Below are positions 55,853 to 64,000 of a DNA stretch of 64,000 nt, one piece after another. Below the pieces are notes generated by a model that was not told where the DNA came from, did not search any database, and saw only the letters and a program-made list of their open reading frames with translations. The translations under genes and the position numbers were made by a program. The stretch is from an uncultured Gemmatimonadales bacterium (GTDB lineage: Bacteria; Gemmatimonadota; Gemmatimonadetes; Gemmatimonadales; GWC2-71-9): positions 416,001-480,000 of the forward strand of contig CAVOGR010000002.1 of assembly GCA_963695555.1 (NCBI GenBank). Reading direction: 5' to 3'. Within the stretch, counting starts at the first letter, position 1. Each line of letters begins with the position of its first letter.

Positions 55853-56604
55853 CCGATCCGTTCCCGTGATCGCGCGCGGGCCTGTTCGATCAGGTCACGC
55901 ACTTGGTTCTTCAAGGCGGCTGCGTCCTTGAGCGTGAGGCCGGCAGTTTCGACCGGAGGCAAGACTTCGACCTCGGCGACGGCGCGGCCGAACCGCCAAT
56001 CGTGCTTGGGAAGGGCGGTCCCGGTTCCGGCCACCGCCAGAGGGAGAATCGGGACGCCGGCCTTGATCGCAAGGCGAAAGGCGCCGTCTTTGAACGGCAG
56101 GAGCTCGCCCGTCGGCGAGCGGGTCCCCTCGGGGAAGAACATCACCGACACCTTGCGCCGCAATGCGTCCCGTGCGTCGGCCATTGCCTGCCCAGCGCTG
56201 GTCGGCGAGCCGCGCCTGAGCGGGATGTCGCCGGCCAGACGCATTTCCCAGCCGACCACGGGGATTCGGAAGAACTCAGCCTTGGATACCCACTTCATTT
56301 CCCAAGGGAGGTAGCTGATGAGCAGAATGTCTGCAAAGGACTCGTGGTTGGCCACGACGACGTACGGGCGGCGCGGGTCGTCGATTGAAACTCCCGAAAT
56401 CCGGAACTTCCAGAACGGGTTGGTTTTGGCAACCAGCATGGCTGCGATCCGGAACCAGCGCCCGACGACATACCGGCTTCGGTCGAAGGGCACGGTGACG
56501 ACGAAAAGGACAGCCATCAGCGGAAGCCAGACGAGCACGATGAGCCCGGTCGTGAACCAGGCCCACGCCGAGGCAATCGACCACCAGAGATGGCCGGGCT
56601 TCAC
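55849..56604 (-). CDS. plsC: 1-acyl-sn-glycerol-3-phosphate acyltransferase family protein
   Basis: NHESFAD (HxxxxD), FPEGTRS and PFKDGAF. Confidence 0.88.
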   Translation of the reverse strand: MKPGHLWWSIASAWAWFTTGLIVLVWLPLMAVLFVVTVPFDRSRYVVGRWFRIAAMLVAKTNPFWKFRISGVSIDDPRRPYVVVANHESFADILLISYLPWEMKWVSKAEFFRIPVVGWEMRLAGDIPLRRGSPTSAGQAMADARDALRRKVSVMFFPEGTRSPTGELLPFKDGAFRLAIKAGVPILPLAVAGTGTALPKHDWRFGRAVAEVEVLPPVETAGLTLKDAAALKNQVRDLIEQARARSRERIG

Positions 56605-56614
56605 GAACGGTGCC

Positions 56615-57139
56615 TCATAGACCCAGCACTCCGAGGAAAGCGCGGCCCAGCCAGACGAGGCCGACGATCGACAGGCCGGCCAGGAGCGTAAGTCCTGCGA
56701 TCACCACAACCAGGTAACGTCGGCTCAGGACGTGCGTGGTGTCGGGGTCCGCGAGATGGCGTTCGAGCAGTCGCAGGTTTCGGGTATTCGACTTCCAGAG
56801 CACATCGAAGGCGTCTCCCGCACCCGGAACCAACCCGACGATGGCTTCGAGAGCGATGTTGGAGAGCATCCGGAACAACACGCTCAGCGATGCCCCCAAC
56901 CGCGTGGCCTCGACCACGATGTAACCGGACAGCACCGTGCCGATCGCATCCCCGAGACCCGGAATGAGCCCGATCACCGGATCGAGTCCGAATCGGAACG
57001 AGGTGCCCGGGACACGAATCGAGGTGTCGAGTATGCGCCCGAGCTTGCGGACCCGCTCGAGTCTCCGATGATGGGCCGGCCCGCCCGCCACCTCGGGGTC
57101 GGGGGCAGAATCGGCCGGAGCGGGGTTGGTGGAGGTCAT
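56615..57139 (-). CDS. DUF4112 domain membrane protein
   Basis: RFGLDPVIGLIPGLGD and GLVPGAGDAFD...WKSNTRN. Confidence 0.88.
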   Translation of the reverse strand: MTSTNPAPADSAPDPEVAGGPAHHRRLERVRKLGRILDTSIRVPGTSFRFGLDPVIGLIPGLGDAIGTVLSGYIVVEATRLGASLSVLFRMLSNIALEAIVGLVPGAGDAFDVLWKSNTRNLRLLERHLADPDTTHVLSRRYLVVVIAGLTLLAGLSIVGLVWLGRAFLGVLGL

Positions 57140-57157
57140 CGTCCGGTTGCCACCATG

Positions 57158-58084
57158 TCATTCGCCGCCCATACTGTCGAGCGCCACCTTCCAGTTGCGA
57201 CGCATCCCGTCGAGCCCTGGCCGTTCGAGGGGGGTGTCTCCAAAACGGGCGTCGAAGTCGCCCTCGCTCATGGTCTCGAAATAGTCTGGCGCTTTGCCCG
57301 GTGTGTCGCGCCGCTTGAAGGCGCTGTGCGCTGACGGGGCGGCAAAGCGTTGATTCCACGGGCAGACATCGTTGCAGATATCACATCCGAATGCCCAGCC
57401 CTCGAACTTTGCACCAAACTCGCTCGGGATGGGGCCGCGATGCTCAATGGTGAGATAGGAAATGCACCGCGTGGCATCCAACACGCGTGGCCCGACGAAC
57501 GCCTCGGTGGGACAGGCGTCGAGACACAGGGTGCAACTGCCGCAGCGGTCTGCCTCGAACGCGGGATCCGGCTCAAATTCGAGATCGGTCAGCACAACGC
57601 CGACGAAGAAGAACGAGCCGCTGCCCGGGCGGAGCAGCATGGTGTTCTTGCCGATCCACCCGAGGCCGGCACGCTGCGCCAATTCACGCTCGGGCACGGG
57701 GCCGGCATCGACGAACGGTCTCGCGATCTTGGCGCCACAGGAGCGCAGGAAATCCGCCAGCTTCTTGATCCGACGCATGGTCGCGATGTGGTAGTCGGTG
57801 CCTCGGGCGTATTTCGCGACCCGGGGCGGCACGGCGTCCGCCGGCGTATCGGGGTAGAAGTAGTTGTCGAGCACGACGACCGCCGATCGAGCGCCGGCGA
57901 CAATTCGCCCGGGCTCGCGCCGGAGTGCCGCCTGGCGATGCAGATAGCGCATCGTTCCAGCATAGCCCGCCTCCAGCCAGGCATCCAACTCGCGGGCATG
58001 CGGCGTCGGTGCCAGGTCGGTAACCCCCGAGGCAAGAAACCCAAGCGATGCCGCCACCGCATTGACCTCGTCCGCGGATCTCAT
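57158..58084 (-). CDS. queG: epoxyqueuosine reductase
   Basis: YARGTDYH, VDAGPVPER, GLGWIGKN, CGSCTLCLDACPT, CISYLTIE and GCDICNDVCPWN. Confidence 0.95.
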   Translation of the reverse strand: MRSADEVNAVAASLGFLASGVTDLAPTPHARELDAWLEAGYAGTMRYLHRQAALRREPGRIVAGARSAVVVLDNYFYPDTPADAVPPRVAKYARGTDYHIATMRRIKKLADFLRSCGAKIARPFVDAGPVPERELAQRAGLGWIGKNTMLLRPGSGSFFFVGVVLTDLEFEPDPAFEADRCGSCTLCLDACPTEAFVGPRVLDATRCISYLTIEHRGPIPSEFGAKFEGWAFGCDICNDVCPWNQRFAAPSAHSAFKRRDTPGKAPDYFETMSEGDFDARFGDTPLERPGLDGMRRNWKVALDSMGGE

Positions 58085-59365
58085 GGGGAGGCTCCGGCAC
58101 GCGCTGGGTCTCTGTCGCGGCCGTCGCCGGTGATGAGTCGCGCGCCGCGCTGAAACGTCACGTACGACCAGGCCCACTCCATCATGACGATGATCCGGTT
58201 TCGAAAGCCGATGAGGAAGAAGATGTGGACGAAGATCCAGGCGAGCCAGGCGAAGAACCCGTTGAAGTGCAACCGGCCGATGTCGGCCACGGCGCGACCG
58301 CGACCAATCACGGCCAGCTGGCCCTTGTTTCGGTAGCGGAACGGCCGCCGAGGCCGGCCGGCCAGGTCATTGGTGATCGCGCGCGCCGCGTACCGGCCCA
58401 TCTGAATAGCGACGGGCGAGAGGCCCGGGAGGGGGCCACCCGGCTGGTGGTCGAAACATGCCGCGTCGCCCAGGACAAACACCTCGCGGTGGTCCGGGAT
58501 GGTGCAATCGTCCGCCACGAACACCCGTCCTTGGTCGTCGAGGCGTGAGCCCAGCGAGCGGAGGAGGGGACTGGCCAGGTTCCCTGCCGCCCACACCACC
58601 GTGTGGGTCGGGATCCGAGTCCCCTTGGCGGAGACTTCCTCGGCCGTGATCCTGTCCACGAAGGTTCCCGTCCGCACTTCCACGCCCAGGCGCGTGAGGG
58701 CGCGCTCGGCGGCGGCACTGAGTGATTCGGGGTAGGAGCCGAGCAGGCGCGGGCCGCCTTCGAGTAACGCGACTGAGGCCTCCCGGGAGTCGATGCGCCG
58801 GAAGTCGCGACGCAGCGCATAGCGGCGGATTTCCGCTAAGGCACCCGCGAGCTCGACCCCGGTTGGTCCTCCGCCAACTACCACGAAGGTGAGCAAGGCG
58901 CGTCTCCGATCGGGGTCGGGCTCCCGTTCCGCCGCCTCGAAGGCGAGCAGGACCCGGCGCCGGATTTCGAGGGCATCTTCGATGCTCTTGAGACCAGGGG
59001 CAAGATTCCTCCCAGTCCGCGTGGCCGAAATAGGAGTGCCGAGCCCCGGTCGCGACGATCAGGTAGTCGTAGTTTATGCTACTTCTATCGACGAGCACGC
59101 TCTTCGAGGCACAGTCGACCGATCGTGCCTCTCCCAGGATCACTTGGGTGTTGGGTTGGCCGCGCAGTATCGAGCGGATCGGCGACGCGATGTCGCCGGG
59201 CGACAGTGCCGCGGTTGCCACCTGGTAGAGCATGGGTTGGAAGAGGTGATGGTTCCGCCGATCCACCAGGGTCACCGAAACGGGCGCCGATCCAAGGGCC
59301 TTGGCCGCGTACAGCCCGGCAAAGCCTCCCCCGAGAATGACCACCTGCGCCTTGGCTGACGGCAC
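58081..59365 (-). pseudogene. ndh: type II NADH dehydrogenase interrupted by a single-base frameshift near 59005
   Basis: The N-terminal part (GGGFAG, FQPMLYQVAT, ATGA...YFGH) is in one frame and APGLKSIEDA...GGGPTGVE...AIQMG is in another. Removing one base restores WEELAPGLK. Confidence 0.8.
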
Positions 59366-59369
59366 GGCG

Positions 59370-59669
59370 TTACACCCCGATGGTGGTTCGTCGCCAGCGG
59401 GCGAAGCGGATGACATCCTCGACCGGAGGGATCGCATCGGGATCGGCGTAGGCGGTCTCCATCCGCCAGCGCAGATAGGTACGATCGGGCATGGGCAGGA
59501 AGGGCGGTGTCTTCCACCACCCACGGCGGCGGAACGCCCAGGCCGTGCGTAGCAAGTCGGTGGCGAGTCGAGGGTTCGCGGCGCCGCGGAACGTCAACCG
59601 GGCGACGAGCGCACCCCAAGACCTTGGCGCCTGCGCGCGAGGCGAAGGGGGAAGAGGGGCTGGATGCAT
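59370..59669 (-). CDS. hypothetical protein (Trp/Arg-rich, about 99 aa)
   Basis: Protein-like segment GWWKTPPFLPMPDRTYLRWRMETAY; ends 4 nt upstream of the ndh start on the same strand. Confidence 0.7.
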   Translation of the reverse strand: MHPAPLPPSPRAQAPRSWGALVARLTFRGAANPRLATDLLRTAWAFRRRGWWKTPPFLPMPDRTYLRWRMETAYADPDAIPPVEDVIRFARWRRTTIGV

Positions 59670-59840
59670 GCCGCCCTAACATAACGCCCGACGCGGCCAT
59701 CTCGGAACGAGGCGTGTCCTCGGCAGGCCGAGGGCATATATTCCCTGCCCGTGCTTGGCCAGGCGCCCGGAGAGGCTGGGCGCCGCGAAACCTCCCAATA
59801 CGAAAGCCGCCCGGGCTATGGGCGGCGCGAGCGATGACCT

Positions 59841-60572
59841 GTGGCCAGTCCTTACCGTAGGCTTCATAACCACAAGCGTCCCACCGAGGACGAAGTCCTG
59901 CTCGAGAGTGGCGAGCTGGTCGAACGGCCGGATGCGCTACGCAAGACCGACCCCTGGCGAGTCTTTCGCATCATGGGCGAATTCGTTGAAGGGTTCGATT
60001 CTCTCGGTGACATCTTCGACGCCGTGTCGATTTTCGGTTCGGCACGGGTCCCGCCTTCGGACCCGTCCTACCAAGCTGCCCGGGAGGTCGGTCGGTTGTT
60101 GGCGGAGGCAAGCATTCCGGTCATTACCGGCGGCGGTCCCGGCATCATGGAGGCTGCCAACCGGGGCGCCAGCGAGGCTGGGGGTTTGTCGATCGGCTGC
60201 AACATCGAACTGCCCTTCGAGCAGAAACCGAATGCCTATCTCGAGCGCAGCATCAACTTTCGTTTCTTCTTCGTCCGAAAGATGATGTTCGTCAAGTACG
60301 CCACGGCGTTCGTGGTGTTTCCGGGCGGGTTCGGGACCATGGACGAGCTGTTCGAGTCACTGACCCTGATCCAAACCGGCAAGGTGAAGAACTTTCCCCT
60401 GGTGCTGTTCGGTCCCACGTACTGGAGCGGCTTGGTCGACTGGTTGCGTGATACGGTTGCGAGGGAGAAGAAGATCGACGAGCCCGACTTGCTGCTGTTC
60501 CATCTGACCGACGATCCCGCCGAAGTCGTCGATCATATCCTGCGATCCCGCCCACAGGGGGTACATCGATGA
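59841..60572 (+). CDS. LOG family protein (TIGR00730 Rossmann fold, nucleotide phosphoribohydrolase-like)
   Basis: [23 protein letters not shown] and PGGFGTMDE. Confidence 0.93.
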   Translation: MASPYRRLHNHKRPTEDEVLLESGELVERPDALRKTDPWRVFRIMGEFVEGFDSLGDIFDAVSIFGSARVPPSDPSYQAAREVGRLLAEASIPVITGGGPGIMEAANRGASEAGGLSIGCNIELPFEQKPNAYLERSINFRFFFVRKMMFVKYATAFVVFPGGFGTMDELFESLTLIQTGKVKNFPLVLFGPTYWSGLVDWLRDTVAREKKIDEPDLLLFHLTDDPAEVVDHILRSRPQGVHR

Positions 60573-61744
60573 GCGATCACGCTGCCGAACACGGCCGGCC
60601 CTCCGCATCGTATTTGCGAGGCGAACGGATCGACCCCGAGGGGATCACCGGCCAAGAGTCGGCGGCGGACCTCATCGAGAAGGCGTATTTGGCCTACAAC
60701 GCCGGTCGCCTGCGGGAGGCATGCCGGCTCTACAGCGACCGGATGCTAGCCCCGGAGGTCACGGTGGGTCTGAGCATCACCGGTGCCCTGACCCCCGCGG
60801 GGCTCGGCATGAGTGTGCTGATACCGCTCATGGAAGCCGGTTTTGTGGACTGGATCGTGTCGACCGGGGCCAACCTCTATCACGATGCCCACTTCGGTTT
60901 GGGCTTGGCCATGCACCGCGGCACGCCGTACGCCGATGACGTCGAGCTGCACGAGCAGGGCGTGGTGCGAATCTACGACGTGTTTTTCGACTTCGGTGTC
61001 TTGCTCTCGACCGACAACTTCATCCGGCAGGTATCGGCGCGTCCTGAATTCCAACGCTCGATGAGTTCCGCCGAATACCACTATCTCCTGGGCGGCTATG
61101 TCCGGGAGCGCGAGCGGGCATTGGGGCTGTCGCGCCGGTCGGTGCTGTCGGTGGCGCACGAGCTGGACGTCCCCATCTACACCAGTTCGCCGGGAGACAG
61201 CTCCATCGGATTGAACGTGGCCGAGCAGGCCATGATCGGCAGCAAGCTGCGCTTCGACGTAAGCGCCGATGTCAATGAAACCGCCGCCTTGGTGTACCAT
61301 GCGACACGAGGTGACGGACGGAGCGGCGTGTTCATAGTGGGCGGAGGGAGTCCCAAGAATTTCGTGCTCCAGACCGAGCCCCAAATTCAGGAGATCTTGG
61401 GCCTCGACGACCGGGGCCACGACTACTTCCTCCAGCTGACCGATGCCCGCCCGGACACCGGTGGGCTATCGGGCGCGACGCCGGCTGAGGCAGTGAGTTG
61501 GGGTAAGATCGACCCCGCGATGCTGCCGAGCAGTGTCGTGGTCTATGGGGATGCCACCCTGACTTTGCCGCTCCTCACCGCCTACGCCCTCGACCGGCAT
61601 CCGCCACGCCCACTCCGACGCCTCTACCCCAAGCGTGAGCTGATGTTGGAGCGCCTACGTGTGGCCTACCGCGAGGTGATTATCGGCCGCGATGCCCGCG
61701 CCAGAGAGGCCGAGGAAGCTGTCGGTCCCACGCGTGCCGGGTAG
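60569..61744 (+). CDS. deoxyhypusine synthase-like protein (probable homospermidine synthase, SpeY type)
   Basis: [31 protein letters not shown] and [16 protein letters not shown]. Confidence 0.88.
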   Translation: MSDHAAEHGRPSASYLRGERIDPEGITGQESAADLIEKAYLAYNAGRLREACRLYSDRMLAPEVTVGLSITGALTPAGLGMSVLIPLMEAGFVDWIVSTGANLYHDAHFGLGLAMHRGTPYADDVELHEQGVVRIYDVFFDFGVLLSTDNFIRQVSARPEFQRSMSSAEYHYLLGGYVRERERALGLSRRSVLSVAHELDVPIYTSSPGDSSIGLNVAEQAMIGSKLRFDVSADVNETAALVYHATRGDGRSGVFIVGGGSPKNFVLQTEPQIQEILGLDDRGHDYFLQLTDARPDTGGLSGATPAEAVSWGKIDPAMLPSSVVVYGDATLTLPLLTAYALDRHPPRPLRRLYPKRELMLERLRVAYREVIIGRDARAREAEEAVGPTRAG

Positions 61745-63287
61745 CACCGCCGTACCCAAGCGTCCCGGCCCGATCTATAGCGGCTACGCGCTCGCGCTAT
61801 TGGCCTTCATCAATATCCTCAACTATCTCGATCGCAACGTCATCTTCGCGTTGTTCGAGCCGATCAAGCGCGACCTGTCTTTGACTGACACCCAACTTGG
61901 GTGGCTCGCCTCGGCCTATGTACTGGTCTTTTCCCTGTCGGCGCTCCCGTTCGGGGTGTTGAGCGACCTGCGTTCCCGCCGCGCCGTGATCTCGGGCGGG
62001 GTGGCCCTCTGGAGTGCGTTCACCTTCATGAGTGGTTGGGTTCGGGGCTTCTGGCAGTTGTTCCTCTGCCGGGCGTCGGTTGGCATCGGCGAGGCTGCCT
62101 ATGGGCCGGCCTCCCAGTCCCTCGTCGCCGACTACTACCCTGGCCGCGGGCGCGCGCTTGCGATGGGCATTCTCATGTCGGGGGTTGCCCTTGGCGGGGT
62201 CCTCGGCATCCTGCTCGGGGGCGTGCTCGAGGCTCGATATGGATGGCGCGTCGCGTTCATGGCGGTCGCCGTTCCCGGGTTTTTCGCCGCGATCCTGGCG
62301 GGCCGGCTCAAGGACCCGACCCGGCCGCCAGGCCCGATTTCGGTCCGCAAGTATTTCCAGGACTTCGAAATTGGCGTATCGACCGTGGTTCGCCAGTTCA
62401 CCCCCGTCATCGTGTGGTCGACCGTCGGTGGTGTGGTGGCGGTCGTGCTCGACCTGCTGTTCGGCGCGGAGTCCAACCTCGACGTTGCGGTGTTCGGCGC
62501 CTTTGCCGGCCTCGGACTGGCGTTCAACATCCGGCGCTGGGTCAAGCAGATCCAGGCCGATCACATCGACGCGACGCCGTTTGGCGGGCAGGTCGGTTCG
62601 GCCTTCGAGGACATGCTCGGCGCCATTCAATTCGTGCTCCGCACGCCGACCTTGGTCTATCTGTTCGTCGGCGGAGCCTTTATCTCGTTCGGACTGAACG
62701 GGCTCGTTGGATGGGCCCCGACGTTCACCTCACGAGAACTGGGGCTGTCGCCCGCAGCGGCATCCGTGCTGTTGGGGAAATGGGGCCTCTTATTCGGCAC
62801 GCTTGGCACGTTGGTTGGGGGCTTCGTGGCGGACTGGACGCGGCGCTACACCAGGATCGGCCGGGTCCTCACTATCGTGTTCGGCCTCGTGACCGGCGGC
62901 ACCCTGGCACTGTGGCTGCTCACGGTGCGCGACCTTCGGTTGTTCGTTCCGGTATTCAGTGCCTCGTTCTTTTTCCTGACGTGGTACAATGGTCCCCTTT
63001 CAGCCGTGATCTTCGACGTCGTGCCTGCTCGGATCGGCGCGACGGTTATCGGAGCCTATCTCCTCTTCATTCATCTCGTCGGCGACGCAATCGCGTTTCC
63101 GGTTGTGGGCATGCTGTCCGACAAGTTTGGGATCGATCGGGCCATTCTCCTCCTGCCCATCGTGGCCCTGGTCGGCGGGCTCGTCACGCTTGGTGCAGCC
63201 ACTACCGTCATCCGGGACATGGACCGCGCGTCCCACCGTGTGACCGGGATGTTCCGTCGACCGAAGGGCATCGTTCCGGAAGCTTAG
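61692..63287 (+). CDS. MFS transporter, spinster-like (start may be GTG 61734)
   Basis: [27 protein letters not shown] and GWRVAF; 12 or more TM helices. Confidence 0.9.
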   Translation: MPAPERPRKLSVPRVPGSTAVPKRPGPIYSGYALALLAFINILNYLDRNVIFALFEPIKRDLSLTDTQLGWLASAYVLVFSLSALPFGVLSDLRSRRAVISGGVALWSAFTFMSGWVRGFWQLFLCRASVGIGEAAYGPASQSLVADYYPGRGRALAMGILMSGVALGGVLGILLGGVLEARYGWRVAFMAVAVPGFFAAILAGRLKDPTRPPGPISVRKYFQDFEIGVSTVVRQFTPVIVWSTVGGVVAVVLDLLFGAESNLDVAVFGAFAGLGLAFNIRRWVKQIQADHIDATPFGGQVGSAFEDMLGAIQFVLRTPTLVYLFVGGAFISFGLNGLVGWAPTFTSRELGLSPAAASVLLGKWGLLFGTLGTLVGGFVADWTRRYTRIGRVLTIVFGLVTGGTLALWLLTVRDLRLFVPVFSASFFFLTWYNGPLSAVIFDVVPARIGATVIGAYLLFIHLVGDAIAFPVVGMLSDKFGIDRAILLLPIVALVGGLVTLGAATTVIRDMDRASHRVTGMFRRPKGIVPEA

Positions 63288-63293
63288 GTTTGC

Positions 63294-63650
63294 TCAGCGC
63301 CCCGCGGTCTTGTACATCAGGTCGACCAGCTCATCGTACATCCCCTCGGCTCTGGCCGAATCGTCGGAGCGAATAGCCGCGGTGGCACAGTGGGCCAAGT
63401 GGTTGCGCAACAGCGCGCGCCCCGCCCCCCGGAGCGCCTCCTGCACCGACGAGATCTGCATGAGGACGTCGGCGCAATAGCGCTCGTCCTCCACCATGCG
63501 TTGGAGCCCGCGGAGCTGCCCTTCGATGCGGCGCAGCCGATTCAGCACCGCGCGTTTGATGTGGGGATCCACCGCGACGGCCTTCCGATCCGGACCCTCG
63601 GTGGCGCAGGCGCATGGGACCGTGGTGGGAGCTGTCGAATCCATAGTCAT
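63294..63650 (-). CDS. csoR: CsoR/RcnR family metal-sensing repressor
   Basis: RLRRIEGQLRGLQRM, YCADVLMQ and HLAHC; directly downstream of the Cu-ATPase gene. Confidence 0.92.
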   Translation of the reverse strand: MTMDSTAPTTVPCACATEGPDRKAVAVDPHIKRAVLNRLRRIEGQLRGLQRMVEDERYCADVLMQISSVQEALRGAGRALLRNHLAHCATAAIRSDDSARAEGMYDELVDLMYKTAGR

Positions 63651-63660
63651 CCTTTCTCGC

Positions 63661-64000
63661 TCAGGCCGTTCTCAACCGCAGGCTGTTGCTGACGACACTC
63701 ACCGAGCTGGCCGCCATGGCAGCCCCGGCGATAGTCGGGGTCAGCAGCAGCCCGAAGACCGGGTAGAGCACCCCCGCCGCGATCGGCACGCCGATCACAT
63801 TGTAGATGAATGCCCAGAACAGATTCTGCCGGATGACCCGAAGTGTGCGCCGCGCAAGCTCCAGTGCCTGCGGCACACCGGCCAGGTCGCCGCGCATCAG
63901 CGTGACCCCGCCCGCCTCGATTGCGACATCGGTGCCCGTTCCGATGGCGATCCCGACATCGGCCTGGGCCAGGGCCGGCGCGTCGTTCAGGCCGTCTCCG
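63661..64000 (-). CDS. copA: Cu(I)-translocating P1B-type ATPase, C-terminal fragment (gene continues beyond window)
   Basis: [36 protein letters not shown] and AMAASS. Confidence 0.92.
   Translation of the reverse strand, partial: GDGLNDAPALAQADVGIAIGTGTDVAIEAGGVTLMRGDLAGVPQALELARRTLRVIRQNLFWAFIYNVIGVPIAAGVLYPVFGLLLTPTIAGAAMAASSVSVVSNSLRLRTA

Noticed and set aside
1675..62630. Many long antisense or alternate-frame ORFs in the track (e.g. 15909-16952, 21673-22908, 39326-40381, 61901-63376)
   Set aside because: They overlap well-supported genes, have Arg/Gly/Pro-rich or shadow-type composition and no motifs, and are expected in high-GC DNA.
1..64000. CRISPR arrays, tRNA/rRNA genes, transposases, integrases, phage or defence genes
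   Set aside because: By eye I found no regularly spaced direct repeats, cloverleaf or rRNA signatures, or mobile-element motifs. A tool scan would be needed to exclude weak cases.

Overview
A GC-rich bacterial chromosomal window. Gene style is consistent with a diderm such as a Gemmatimonadota, but that is inference only. It probably lies near the origin, because it carries mnmG, a perfect parS site, and parA-parB. In order it contains: the 3' part of polA; several hydrolases and peptidases; rnd; a ferredoxin; a patatin/beta-barrel protein; a TauE exporter; ppc; an atypical deformylase; a complete sufR-sufBCDSU operon followed by a BrxA/BrxB bacilliredoxin and a His-rich small protein; an ABC-2 exporter; a cluster of predicted extracytoplasmic modification enzymes (three GT-C-like membrane proteins, a Thr-type sulfatase-fold membrane enzyme, a PAP2/IPC-synthase-like protein and a methyltransferase); a full Tad/Flp pilus locus with DUF192, an AAA ATPase and a repeat protein appended; mnmG-parS-parAB-M23-bactofilin; a BMP-type nucleoside ABC transporter with a Nif3 gene inside it; a minus-strand ndh(frameshifted)-queG-DUF4112-plsC-cytochrome c run; LOG, a deoxyhypusine-synthase-like gene and an MFS transporter; csoR; and the end of copA. 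The best candidate for a new system is the Tad pilus locus placed back-to-back with the predicted glycosyl/phospho-transfer cluster. Their shared intergenic region has a complete sigma-54 layout (enhancer palindrome, IHF-like site, -24/-12 box). Other non-coding signals are a 25-bp motif shared by three promoters and a structured two-hairpin element at about 7.9 kb. I found no CRISPR array, tRNA, rRNA or mobile element.
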